Positions 34,140 to 44,255 of a stretch of DNA of 64,000 nt are shown here, in pieces. The translations under genes and the position numbers were made by a program. Under the pieces are notes generated by a model. The model did not search any database. It was not told where the DNA came from and worked only from the letters and a program-made list of their open reading frames with translations. Source of the stretch: a virus (taxonomy: Duplodnaviria; Caudoviricetes); the IMG/VR virus record IMGVR_UViG_3300049988_000124, positions 160,001 through 224,000 of that record. One strand, given 5' to 3'. The stretch's first letter is position 1. Each line of letters starts with the position of its first letter.

Positions 34140-36224
34140 ATGCCCGCATTCGATCATGCAGTAGTTTCTGCATCTGTTATTCCATCCACCGAAGGTTGGG
34201 TTGCCGCCATCGGTTGGTTAATCTTCATCTGTCTCGTTGCTGCGTGGATCTATTCTCTCGTCGATCACCGTATCAATCTTGATGATCACAACGGACCTGT
34301 GATCGAAGCTGATTCCGAGATTGAGACGTTCGAGAACGCTTATAGCGGCGATAACCTCAAGGATCCCATGATCGCTGCCATGGAGACCGTGGAGAACATT
34401 CTGGTTCATCACTCAGGTCCCTTTGCCAGTAACTGCATCATCGGTAGTCGCTACCGTCAGGTTAACGACGTCGATGAGTTCACCAAGGACGGCATCAACA
34501 TCTTGAAGCACGTGCTCGTCTCCGAGGACGTCAGTGCTCGCGTGGTGATTCGTCTGGCCCGCTTCGTTGGTATCGCGGTTGACTCACGCTGCCATGATGG
34601 TACCACGACCTCGATGCTGATGTTCTCTGCCCTTGCCAAGGTGGCAATCGAGAAGATCAACGAGAGCCACATGTCGCCTGAGCGTCACCAGTGGACCGAT
34701 GATCTGAAGGCCGCGCTCGATGAGTGCTTGAAGCTCGTTAGCGAACTCAAGGTCACCGAGGATGATATCCTGGAGCTCTGTGGTACTCTCGGCATCGAGA
34801 CGAGCATCACGGACGTGCGTGCATCAATCGCTTATCACATGTCCATGATCTCCTCGAAGGGTGATCACGATCTCTCCACCAAGATCTCCGAGATCATTCG
34901 CTCCTCGCCCAAGAAGATCTACGGCATGTACCGTAACATTCCTCTGGCGATCGAGACTGAGGAAGCCTATATCCTGAAACAGCAGGAGCATGACCTGGGA
35001 ACGCGCGCGAACCTTGGTCACATGGACCACTTCAACCACCGCAACAATACCCAGTACCTCTCAGAAGACGCGGTGATCTTTGCCACGGGAAACGTCATCA
35101 GCGTGGAGAGTATGGAGGCAGGATTCCTCCAGGCCTTTATCTCCACGCGCGTTACCTCCAGGGCTGACCTTTCTACCTTCGGGATGGACAAGGGGTGGGA
35201 GAGCTTCCATGAAGGAAAGCGTCACCTGATCATTATCAGCCCGATGTTGGATGATCCCAACCTCATTCAGACGATCAACAATTTCAACGGTAACAATCCG
35301 TCGATCAAGATCTCCTGGTTCAATTTCCACATCGACCACAAGCTGCGTACCTCGTTCAACAAGACGCTTCACTACATGGCAGGGGTGCCGCTATTCGACG
35401 ACACCATGTTCGTCAATGCTGGTGCATCGCTCATTGGTCTGGGCGAGACCCGCGTCAAGGTGCAGATGATCGGCTCACACCTGGCCATCTCGCATCTCTA
35501 CAAGCGGGACGGTGAAGTCTTTCACCCGCTCTACCGTGACCCGGAAGCCTTCAAGCCCTACACCGACTTCCGCCGGGAGACCGAGGAGATCATTCAGTTC
35601 GCCCAGGAGAACATCACCAACCCGACGCTTGACCAGAATGAGCTCGGGATGATGACCTCCCTCTACCGGTCATTGACGTGTCAGCTGATCTACGACATTG
35701 AGGTGGGTGGCTCCAAGCACGACCAGCGGGCTAACCAGACCGTCTACGAGGACGCGATTGGTGCAGCACTCTCCGCCGTCGATGAAGGCGTGATCTTGGG
35801 TGGCTATGCTCACCTGGCTAATTACTTCAGCGAACTGGCAGAGAAGGATGGGGATCTCGTCTCGGGGATGTTTGCGGATGCTTTCCGCAAGGTCGTCATG
35901 GATTCACTGCGCGTGACAGACGAAGACAGCGCCGACAATCTCCTTGATAGGTTGCCGTCTAACAAATGGTACTACCTCGTTGCTGATCGTGCATCTTATG
36001 GACCCGATGTCGATGCTAACGACTACGTATCATGCCTATGTCTTGGTTACAAGCATGGGATGACTGCGTTCCTCGAGCGTCGTCCTGACCATGCGGTGTT
36101 GCTGCAGGCGTACGGTGGGTATCACGAGCAGTTCAAGCGCTTCCGTGACATCCTTCCCAAGCTCTCGAACACCTCACATCTGATTGATATGAGGAATGAT
36201 AAAGATGTCGCTAACGTTGTCTGA
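34140..36224 (+). CDS. Divergent GroEL-like chaperonin with N-terminal hydrophobic extension (694 aa)
   Basis: SGPFASN, FTKDG, DGTTTS, IEVGG and EDAIGAALSAVDEGVILGG match GroEL equatorial and intermediate motifs. Confidence 0.85.
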   Translation: MPAFDHAVVSASVIPSTEGWVAAIGWLIFICLVAAWIYSLVDHRINLDDHNGPVIEADSEIETFENAYSGDNLKDPMIAAMETVENILVHHSGPFASNCIIGSRYRQVNDVDEFTKDGINILKHVLVSEDVSARVVIRLARFVGIAVDSRCHDGTTTSMLMFSALAKVAIEKINESHMSPERHQWTDDLKAALDECLKLVSELKVTEDDILELCGTLGIETSITDVRASIAYHMSMISSKGDHDLSTKISEIIRSSPKKIYGMYRNIPLAIETEEAYILKQQEHDLGTRANLGHMDHFNHRNNTQYLSEDAVIFATGNVISVESMEAGFLQAFISTRVTSRADLSTFGMDKGWESFHEGKRHLIIISPMLDDPNLIQTINNFNGNNPSIKISWFNFHIDHKLRTSFNKTLHYMAGVPLFDDTMFVNAGASLIGLGETRVKVQMIGSHLAISHLYKRDGEVFHPLYRDPEAFKPYTDFRRETEEIIQFAQENITNPTLDQNELGMMTSLYRSLTCQLIYDIEVGGSKHDQRANQTVYEDAIGAALSAVDEGVILGGYAHLANYFSELAEKDGDLVSGMFADAFRKVVMDSLRVTDEDSADNLLDRLPSNKWYYLVADRASYGPDVDANDYVSCLCLGYKHGMTAFLERRPDHAVLLQAYGGYHEQFKRFRDILPKLSNTSHLIDMRNDKDVANVV

Positions 36225-36609
36225 CGTGGAGGCGGGAGCTACCATCAGCTTTCGCTCCAAGAACCCTACCGACCAGGTCGTCTGGCGTGGTACCCTGGAG
36301 TCGCGTGGAACCTTTCGTTCCATTCGTTCCTACATGGATCCTCGTTCCTACAATGAGGCCGTGCGTCAGTCCGATGCCACGGTTCCCTCCGATGTAACGC
36401 TTCTCAACTTCTTCTTGATCACGGTGGACAATCAGTCAACTGACCCACAGATCATGGTGTTTGCCGAGGAGTGGATCAAGGATGGATCACTCATCGAGAT
36501 CGCCCTGGCCAAGCAGATCACGATCCGCGTTGATGATCCCAACAACGATACCCAGCGTATCTTGGCAACACTTGCCGAGGCTGGTTATAGTTCAACGATT
36601 CTGAGCTAA
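36205..36609 (+). CDS. Hypothetical protein, probably virion-associated (about 134 aa)
   Basis: GAGGA RBS; overlaps the chaperonin end. Confidence 0.6.
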   Translation: MSLTLSDVEAGATISFRSKNPTDQVVWRGTLESRGTFRSIRSYMDPRSYNEAVRQSDATVPSDVTLLNFFLITVDNQSTDPQIMVFAEEWIKDGSLIEIALAKQITIRVDDPNNDTQRILATLAEAGYSSTILS

Positions 36610-36617
36610 GCTAATGA

Positions 36618-36647
36618 GACATGGGTACCCGCAAGGGTACCCATGTC
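36618..36647. terminator. 13-bp inverted repeat between convergent genes
   Basis: GACATGGGTACCC-gcaa-GGGTACCCATGTC. Confidence 0.8.
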
Positions 36648-36649
36648 CG

Positions 36650-38029
36650 TTATCGCTTATTGGCTAGGTAGTAGAGAGGATGACGGGATAGCGAGCGCGT
36701 TGCATTTTGCAATCGTTCATAATCCCCGGTCAGCCTATTCTGAAATGGAGCAGATACCAGTCGACCAAGTTTCAGGACATTGTCCTTCCACGTCTTGAAC
36801 TGTGCTCTGGCTCTACGGTGTGGCGCAGACTTATACTGGGTGAGATATTCCTCACACTGCTGGATCTGCTCATGAAGTTCTGACTTCACATCACTGGGGA
36901 GACCCGGATCACTAAACGCATGCTTGGCTGTTTGTACCATCAACTCCAAGCGACGCATAATGGGATCGTAGCCTTGATTGACTTCCTCTGCTCCCATCTT
37001 GAACATCGAGGTGAAGTGCTTACACAAACCAATCACCAAGCTAACAGATGCTGACCTGGACAGACGACCATAGACGTAATGCTTGTCCTCCCCCAGCGAC
37101 TGATACTTAGCCACCATCGTGAGAAGAGACTTATAAGCACCGTGACGTACCGCGAACTCATCAGCGGACCGCTCTGATTCAACCATGTGGTTATTGGTAC
37201 CCACGCGGTCACGACCACTACCTAGAAGATTGTTAAAGATAGATAGCTGCCATGCGGCGCGCTCTGCGACAACAACCGCCAATAGGGTTGTCAGTGATTC
37301 CATGTAGAAAGGATCATCAATGGCATTGTTGGTGCGAAAATAGTCTTCGGTAATCTTTAGCATGTGAGCATAGTCTTGGCTCAGATACTTGGACTGCTTG
37401 AGTTTGGCAATTAGATAAAGAATGAGTTCACGATCAGGATGGACCTGAACATAGTCCACGATCTCTGCTGCATCAAGAGTTCGACCATAGACGCGGCGAC
37501 CTGCACGAATGAAATGGTCAATGTGGCCGAGCTCATGTAGACTGGCAGCGGCTAGTTCATCAGCAGAGAAGAAGAATTGACCGTGATCATCTTTCATCAA
37601 CCACATCGAGGTGGTTACCATGAAGGACATTCGGTAGGGAAGAGGACCAGTTGCGGATGACTGATCTAGGTAGCCGGTTTTGTCATTATAGAGGCGATTG
37701 ATTTCCTCCACCATCATCCCAGCCGTTGCTTCGTGATTCTTCTTTCGCTCAGAAGTAGTGTCACTAGTTCCAACCAAGCACATGAGGTTAGCTTTGGTTG
37801 TCTCATTGACCACCACGTTATCGAGCACAATACCCATGTGCTTTTGAACAATGGCTCTCAAGCGCTCTTTGAAGTGAATAGAACGCAGCGTCAAAGTGAC
37901 ATCACCGTTAGACGCATTAGGAAGCTCACTGACGGCATCTTGGCTCTCTTGGTACAGAGAGACCAGTTCGTTATAGAAAGGGCTTCTACCGCGCTGTGTG
38001 AGCGATTCCAAAGCCATGCTGTCGCGCAT
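36650..38029 (-). CDS. Putative virion protein with HExxH zinc-metalloprotease motif (459 aa)
   Basis: LHELGH plus downstream ERSADEFAVRHG; N-terminal ALES. Confidence 0.6.
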   Translation of the reverse strand: MRDSMALESLTQRGRSPFYNELVSLYQESQDAVSELPNASNGDVTLTLRSIHFKERLRAIVQKHMGIVLDNVVVNETTKANLMCLVGTSDTTSERKKNHEATAGMMVEEINRLYNDKTGYLDQSSATGPLPYRMSFMVTTSMWLMKDDHGQFFFSADELAAASLHELGHIDHFIRAGRRVYGRTLDAAEIVDYVQVHPDRELILYLIAKLKQSKYLSQDYAHMLKITEDYFRTNNAIDDPFYMESLTTLLAVVVAERAAWQLSIFNNLLGSGRDRVGTNNHMVESERSADEFAVRHGAYKSLLTMVAKYQSLGEDKHYVYGRLSRSASVSLVIGLCKHFTSMFKMGAEEVNQGYDPIMRRLELMVQTAKHAFSDPGLPSDVKSELHEQIQQCEEYLTQYKSAPHRRARAQFKTWKDNVLKLGRLVSAPFQNRLTGDYERLQNATRSLSRHPLYYLANKR

Positions 38030-38127
38030 CGGTTTAACTTTCGATAAAGAGATAATTCATCACAACATAGCAGACGGATGTGGAGGGGTTTTACCCCCTC
38101 CACACCACTATCTACGAAAGAACTGAA

Positions 38128-39465
38128 TTACTCAGCAATCTCAGTCTGGACGTCGAGGATCGAGTCCACGGTCGAGAGCACCATGGCCACCGCCGCGACA
38201 CCCTCGGTCACCAGCTTGCTCACGAAGGTCGTGTGGCTGTTGATGAGGGTAACGTGATCGAGTGCACCGTAGGTGACGTCGTCGGTGTTCAGAGCGACAG
38301 GCATCGACTCCACGGCCAGGTTAGCCGCATCAACGAGCTCGTCCTTGCGCAGGGCGATCTGCTCGAGTGTGTCGAGAATCGAGCCTGCACGGTTGATCAT
38401 CAGATCAACGCTGGCAGCAGTGATGCCCTTGTCGCCGAAGGTGCCCTGAGTGGGCTCGAAGACCGCGTCACGATCAGCGTTGCGCAGACCGTACTTGTCC
38501 ATGGACAGGCCCATCATCGGACCGACCTCGGAGATGACCATCTCCATACCCTGCACGTCCTCGACGACCTTCTCCGGATTCGCCTCATTCGTCGAAGCAT
38601 CGAATGCCTGAACGGTTGAGAGGTAGGTCTGGGTCTGGTTAAGGACCTGGTTCAGGCTGGCATCATCCAGGCTGGTGACGGGAAGCGTTGCGAGAACCTC
38701 CTCGGTCAGGTCCGAACTCTCGAGCGCGAACTGGTCGGCATTGAGCTGCGCACGAAGCGTAGCAACCGTGTCACCCAGGTTAACGAGTGAGTCACCGAAA
38801 GCTGAGACGAGCTCACTGGTCTTGGTGCGCATGGCATCGCTCGCCGTTGTGGAAGCAGCCGAGAACGACTCCATACCAGCAACTGCATTGATCGACGTCG
38901 GCGGCTCGAGGCAGACGCTGAACTTGTCGACACCCGGGAAGTCCTGGACGATCTGCGAGAAACCAGGGATCGCCTGGAAAGCGGCAACCATCGGAGCCGA
39001 GAAGTTATTCTCCTCAGCAACCTGCGAGAGTGACTGCACCATGCGAACGTCGCGGATGCTCTCACGAAGGTCAGCCGAGCGACGCTCAACGCGCTGGGCG
39101 GTCAGGCTGTCGCGCAGCAGACCAAAGGCCTTCGCCGAGGTACGTGAAGCGGTCAGCTCCTGCGTAGCACCCTGCTGCTGATCGACTTCCTGCGTCTCGC
39201 CGGTCTCGTGATCGACCTTGGCCTGCTCGTCAGCCTCGAGGCTAGGAACTTCCTCGGTCTGAGTCGCATCGCCAGTATCAAGCGTCTGCTCGCCCTGGGT
39301 CTGCGTATCGTCGACCTGCTGGTCCTCGACCTGCGTGTTGGTGTCCTCGGCGGTCTGCTCCTCAGTCTGCTCGATCTGAGCTTCCTGCGTCACGTCAGCA
39401 TCAAGGGACTCGGTTGCCATCTGCGAAGCGGTGTCAGGGACACCGCGCGGTGAAAAGATACCCAT
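38128..39465 (-). CDS. Putative internal head protein with long acidic propeptide
   Basis: MATESL, PSLEA and AGMESF motifs; Glu/Gln/Thr-rich N-terminus; start taken at MGIFSP. Confidence 0.65.
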   Translation of the reverse strand: MGIFSPRGVPDTASQMATESLDADVTQEAQIEQTEEQTAEDTNTQVEDQQVDDTQTQGEQTLDTGDATQTEEVPSLEADEQAKVDHETGETQEVDQQQGATQELTASRTSAKAFGLLRDSLTAQRVERRSADLRESIRDVRMVQSLSQVAEENNFSAPMVAAFQAIPGFSQIVQDFPGVDKFSVCLEPPTSINAVAGMESFSAASTTASDAMRTKTSELVSAFGDSLVNLGDTVATLRAQLNADQFALESSDLTEEVLATLPVTSLDDASLNQVLNQTQTYLSTVQAFDASTNEANPEKVVEDVQGMEMVISEVGPMMGLSMDKYGLRNADRDAVFEPTQGTFGDKGITAASVDLMINRAGSILDTLEQIALRKDELVDAANLAVESMPVALNTDDVTYGALDHVTLINSHTTFVSKLVTEGVAAVAMVLSTVDSILDVQTEIAE

Positions 39466-39540
39466 TGTAGAAAACTTCCTTCTTGCTACCAATAGTAATA
39501 CTGGCTATAGAAAATTAAACAATCCTTTACCGATCACTCG

Positions 39541-40485
39541 CTATTCGGAATCGGAAGGAGCACGGTAGAACGCTGCAGCTGACACCGCTGATAGATACAT
39601 ACGTCCTCGCATGGAGACGCCCTGATAATCATCGTCGGTGAACAGTTTCACTGTTTGCTGAAGCGGGAAGGGGATTGCTGCCAATGTACCATCGGACAGA
39701 TTGAGTTCTTGGTCAAGATCGACCAGGTTGGTGTCGCGACGCTGCGGCTCCTTACTCAGATCACCCAGCAGAAGCTTGGTGATGACCCACAAGATCTTAA
39801 GCGCAGATCGTGCTCGGTTCTTGTAGGTAGCCTCACGGCCTGAGTAATTTGCCTCACGACGAAGAAGATCAACGAGTTCCTCGACCTGCTTCATGAGATA
39901 AACCCATGACGTCTCTACTGGGGACGAGTAACCTTCCTGACCCTGCAGCTGAACAAGGAGCAGTTCAGCATCCGTTGCCACATCAGACAAGTTCGTGACC
40001 AAGGCACCAGTCACACTGTGACGCAGACCGTGGTCATGGATTGCCGTGTCATTATTCAGCGCCTTCTTCAGACGCTTCAGGAAGGTAACAGGGGGAACGT
40101 AATAATGACGCCGTGCCTCATCAGCGTTGAACGTCACGAACGACTCAGGATTACGCACATCGCCGTTCGAGATAGCGACCACGCGGGCCGCGATCAAGCG
40201 GTGGAGTTCCTGACCGTAGAGGTAGATGTTCTTGGAGATCGACTGATTCATGAACCCACGAAGACTCGTGGGCAGGATCTTGAGCTCGAGTGCTCGCTGG
40301 GTGATCGCTTTGATGTCCTCATCATTGAACGTGGTAACGCCCGCCGACATGACATAGAGCCGCTTCAACCCTGACCCAGGGGTCAACTGACCTTCACCAG
40401 AAATCAGATCGAGGTAGGTCTTGACTGCCCACACGAAGTTATTCGCAGGAGCAATGGTTTGGGAAACAAGCGGCTCTTTACTCAC
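39541..40485 (-). CDS. Putative virion structural protein (314 aa)
   Basis: Coupled gene within the structural block. Confidence 0.55.
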   Translation of the reverse strand: MSKEPLVSQTIAPANNFVWAVKTYLDLISGEGQLTPGSGLKRLYVMSAGVTTFNDEDIKAITQRALELKILPTSLRGFMNQSISKNIYLYGQELHRLIAARVVAISNGDVRNPESFVTFNADEARRHYYVPPVTFLKRLKKALNNDTAIHDHGLRHSVTGALVTNLSDVATDAELLLVQLQGQEGYSSPVETSWVYLMKQVEELVDLLRREANYSGREATYKNRARSALKILWVITKLLLGDLSKEPQRRDTNLVDLDQELNLSDGTLAAIPFPLQQTVKLFTDDDYQGVSMRGRMYLSAVSAAAFYRAPSDSE

Positions 40486-41465
40486 CCGCGCATCCTTTCA
40501 ATTTGCTGCTCGTACTTGGAGACGATACTGGCGTACTTCTCCGTGGCTTTCTTCAAGCGCTGATACTCGCCCGAATCAACATCCATTCCCCGTGACTTAG
40601 ACTGGAGCTGGATGATCTTGGCCGTCAGCCATTCCTTGCGGGCTGACAGAAGCTCGATGTGAGCCTGCGTGCGCATGTGACCCCAGTTGATAATCATCAG
40701 CATGACGTTACCAAGTGAGGCGGTCATCAGGTCCTGCTCATCGGCAGAGAACTGACTGGTGTGAGCGTATTCATCGATCCACTGACCCGTGGACGTCTGA
40801 AGCGGAACGTCTGCGCCCTTGGACTGCATGACCTTGACTTCGGTGAGGAAGCCGCCCCGCTTGGGGCTCCACTTGCCCAGGTTCATGGAAGCAAACTCTG
40901 CCGCTCCACTTGCCTTGTTCAGCATTTCACGTGTACGAAACGGCGGAATCATGTCGCCAGCATCTGAGGTCAGATGCTCAACCAGTGTAGAAACCCATGT
41001 GCAAAAGGTGTCAGCTTTTTGTAGATAGCCGATCACAACGAGAGACGATGACTTGATATTCTGTTCAGGCTTGTCACTATTCAGGCCAGAGAACAAGGCC
41101 TGGAAATTGTCTTCGATCTGAGTGAGATTCTCTCGGATCGCAGCTGTGGTTGCTACCACAGACGAGAGCGGCTGGGCTCGCTCCATCTGCTGCTCGTGAG
41201 GCGACAAACGCTTCACATAATTTTGGTACGCTTCGACAGACTTTTGTACATGTTTGTCCGTCGTCTTGATCCGGCCCTTCAGTACCTCGGTCGGTGCGAC
41301 CGATCCTGTCGGGGTAGAGATCAGTTTAACCAGGTCTTGAGTGGTGGCGAGCAGTTCGCCTGTAGCCAGGAGGGGAGAGAGAATCCCGTAATGGTCCGCT
41401 CTCTCCGGCTTCTGATCCTTAGACGCACTGCGGAATGCATTTGCAATCCCGCTGAGGAAGGTCAT
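40482..41465 (-). CDS. Putative head/inner-body protein (phiKZ gp90-like position, 327 aa)
   Basis: Helical protein with C-terminal coiled coil; synteny in the structural block. Confidence 0.5.
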   Translation of the reverse strand: MTFLSGIANAFRSASKDQKPERADHYGILSPLLATGELLATTQDLVKLISTPTGSVAPTEVLKGRIKTTDKHVQKSVEAYQNYVKRLSPHEQQMERAQPLSSVVATTAAIRENLTQIEDNFQALFSGLNSDKPEQNIKSSSLVVIGYLQKADTFCTWVSTLVEHLTSDAGDMIPPFRTREMLNKASGAAEFASMNLGKWSPKRGGFLTEVKVMQSKGADVPLQTSTGQWIDEYAHTSQFSADEQDLMTASLGNVMLMIINWGHMRTQAHIELLSARKEWLTAKIIQLQSKSRGMDVDSGEYQRLKKATEKYASIVSKYEQQIERMRG

Positions 41466-41513
41466 GGTAACGAGTCCTTATGTGTACGAAACAATATCGC
41501 CACGGTTTTGTAA

Positions 41514-42890
41514 CTACCGCATGCGACCGATGTTGTTGGTCGAGAACGCTTGCATAGCCGCCATGAACTCCTGAGGATTGAAATCCTTGGCGTTGGGACG
41601 GAAGTCAGAGTAGCTGGAATTCACCTCACCATCGAGACCATTGAAGTAAATGGTCACGCGCTGATGAAGCGGATCAACCACGACCAGGATCATGGTGTAC
41701 GTGTTACGGAAGTAACGACGGCGGTCATCAGGATTGTGAAGATCGATACCACTGTCGACCTTGGCCTGCATCAGCGTGTCCTCCGAGAAGATCATCACTG
41801 AGTTGGCAAGGTTCGATGACATCTTGGCGTTGAGGTTGTCACTAGCATCCGCCATGGCGTACTTGTTCTTCTTGGCAACAGTACGCAGGTAGTCGTTATA
41901 GACCTTGGCCTTAACCGGGTCTTTCATCATCGACTGAGCGCGGCGCGCCATGTCACGGTGAAGAAGGAAGTCGTGGAACCAGTGAAGTTCACCTGCCCGC
42001 ATCATCGTCCAACGCTGCCACACACTCTGGGGAACACCCATGTCGATGAAGCGAGGAGCAATGTTGTCAGGGATAACAGTGGGCTGCATCTGGATAAAGA
42101 TCGGCACCGTGATGGAGTTACCATTACCGTTCGGGTTGGTCAGCTTGACCTCGAACAGTTCACCCATCGGACCGATACGACCCTCTGAGACCTTGACCGG
42201 CTTTACCGACTGGGTTGACCAGTTGGTGTCGTGCACCTTGCGGTGCTCGTCGATGAGCTTGACATCCTCGATTTCGTTCTTGAGCTTCTCGCGCTGGGCA
42301 GTGCGTTCTGCTCTAACGTCGATCGGTCGATTGGGACCATAGGTGGAATATGCTTCCAGTCCGAGCATTGACTCAATGGCGAGCTTCGACGCGGATGACT
42401 GGAACGAGTCACCGTGGAAGTTCTCCAGGAATGATTCCTGACCGATGCGGCGAGCAGCGATGTTACCAACGATGCTGGTGTGGCGATCATTGTGACCAGT
42501 CTGGACAACCGTCATGACGTCCTGGACGCTGCGGAAACCATCAACCATCTGACCGAGGTGAAGTGCCGACATCACCTGAGCGGCGTACCACTCGTGGAGC
42601 GACTTGGTCAGGTGAGGAAGAACCGGCTCAGCCAGGACACTCTCTTCCACGAACATGCGCGAGAGAATGTTGGTCTGACCCGTCAGTGAAGTGAGTGAGC
42701 CACCAGCTCGGTCGATGCGCGCAGCGAGCGCTCCATGATTGCGAAGCGAATTCGCAGCAATACCACCGACGGTATCGACAGCGAGCCTGGCTACCTTACC
42801 AGCGTGAGTGGCAACACCCTGATTGGAGAGAATTTCTGCGGCTTTGTCGACGACGCCGATCGTCGTGCTAAGCCCTTTTGCGATAGTCAT
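41514..42890 (-). CDS. Putative head/inner-body protein (phiKZ gp89-like, 458 aa)
   Basis: GQESF, AIES and GLEA motifs; ELFEVKL...VPIFIQM; divergent from the baseplate pair. Confidence 0.6.
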   Translation of the reverse strand: MTIAKGLSTTIGVVDKAAEILSNQGVATHAGKVARLAVDTVGGIAANSLRNHGALAARIDRAGGSLTSLTGQTNILSRMFVEESVLAEPVLPHLTKSLHEWYAAQVMSALHLGQMVDGFRSVQDVMTVVQTGHNDRHTSIVGNIAARRIGQESFLENFHGDSFQSSASKLAIESMLGLEAYSTYGPNRPIDVRAERTAQREKLKNEIEDVKLIDEHRKVHDTNWSTQSVKPVKVSEGRIGPMGELFEVKLTNPNGNGNSITVPIFIQMQPTVIPDNIAPRFIDMGVPQSVWQRWTMMRAGELHWFHDFLLHRDMARRAQSMMKDPVKAKVYNDYLRTVAKKNKYAMADASDNLNAKMSSNLANSVMIFSEDTLMQAKVDSGIDLHNPDDRRRYFRNTYTMILVVVDPLHQRVTIYFNGLDGEVNSSYSDFRPNAKDFNPQEFMAAMQAFSTNNIGRMR

Positions 42891-43065
42891 TGTTGCACCT
42901 TATGCGTGAGCTTGTTTGTGGGCTAAATGTCTCCTCTCGCAGGGGGGTGCGATAGGGAATTCATACTATTTCATTATTTTGTTCCTTTTAGCCTAGTAGC
43001 ACCTAAATAAATGAGAGACTAAAAGAAAGATCGTATGATTTCCATTCTAACTTACTAGGTGCTAT

Positions 43066-44226
43066 ATGGCCGAGGGTTTTCAAGAAGCAGCGGTGAACCA
43101 GCCGAATGCTAACACCGCAATTGTTACCGACGACATTAGACAAAAGCTACTCAACGCTGTCACTGAGCAGCTGTCGATCGGTGTGGGTCGTGGTAGCTCG
43201 GCAAACAACCGTGAGACTCTCCTGACCCAGCATGACCGCTTTGGTCAGTCTGCTATTCAGATCAACTCGGAGAATGTGGGTCTCACCTTCTTCACCAAGC
43301 CGCGTCTTAACATGCACCAGATGTCAATTCGCCAGGACCCAACACTGGCGCTGCTCGACACCCTTGATCCTGAGAACTGGATGTTTGCCCTGCGGTGTAA
43401 TCTCGACACCGTCTTTGCCAAGAGTCCGATTGCCAGGGACATTGCATCGCTCTGCCCATGGTTCAACGACACCAGTGCCTTTAACATTCCCTTGAGCAAC
43501 ATGCTCAGCGGTATCAGTGGTTGGCCTGACTTCTCGGTGGAATATGAGACAACCGAGAGCGGTACCTTCTCCGAAGACATGACGCTGGTGCGCGGGTCTG
43601 ATCATGGTCGTCGTACCTACGACTTGTCCTGCACCTTCCGCGATATCCAAGGTGGCTTCTTGATGTCGTACTTCTACTACTGGATCCTTGCCATGGCACT
43701 CCAGATGGAAGGGTCGATCGTCGCCTATCCAGAGGACCGCGCAGCGAACCGGTTGAACTACACGATCTCGATCTACCGCTTCGTCATGGATCCCTCCATG
43801 CGCACGATCACCAAATGGGCCAAGGCTACTGGTTGCTATCCGGTGAACATCCCCATCGGTGACGTCTTTAACTACGGGCCAGGTGACTCATTCGTTCACA
43901 CCTCCCAGCAGTTCACCATTCCCTTCAAAGCCAACATCATCAAGTACATGGATCCGCGTGACCTGGCTGATTTCAACACACTGGTTGCCCGTTACGGTTG
44001 GCAAAATGAGAAAGAGCGCTTGTCGCGCGTCAAGACTGAAGTCAAGGCCGGGCACAACTTTGCCGGTCTTCCGTGGATCGATCTCGTCAATGGTACCAAT
44101 GAGCTGAGCTTCTTGGCCTTGAAGGAAGAGGTCCAGGACGTTAACAAGGATCTCATCGAGAAGATCCGTGCGCAGATCACCGCGCAGACCCCGACCACGC
44201 CTGCCATCGCAGCGCCTGCGACGTAA
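43066..44226 (+). CDS. Tail-tube-like baseplate protein (phiKZ gp88-like, 386 aa)
   Basis: YDLSCTFRD...IYRFVMD...KWAKATGCYPVNIP tube-fold pattern. Confidence 0.55.
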   Translation: MAEGFQEAAVNQPNANTAIVTDDIRQKLLNAVTEQLSIGVGRGSSANNRETLLTQHDRFGQSAIQINSENVGLTFFTKPRLNMHQMSIRQDPTLALLDTLDPENWMFALRCNLDTVFAKSPIARDIASLCPWFNDTSAFNIPLSNMLSGISGWPDFSVEYETTESGTFSEDMTLVRGSDHGRRTYDLSCTFRDIQGGFLMSYFYYWILAMALQMEGSIVAYPEDRAANRLNYTISIYRFVMDPSMRTITKWAKATGCYPVNIPIGDVFNYGPGDSFVHTSQQFTIPFKANIIKYMDPRDLADFNTLVARYGWQNEKERLSRVKTEVKAGHNFAGLPWIDLVNGTNELSFLALKEEVQDVNKDLIEKIRAQITAQTPTTPAIAAPAT

Positions 44227-44255
44227 GAGATAAGTCCTAGTTTTCACAAGGATTA

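Noticed and set aside
36205-36609. Gene after the chaperonin as GroES
   Set aside because: No PLxDRV or GroES mobile-loop pattern, and too long.
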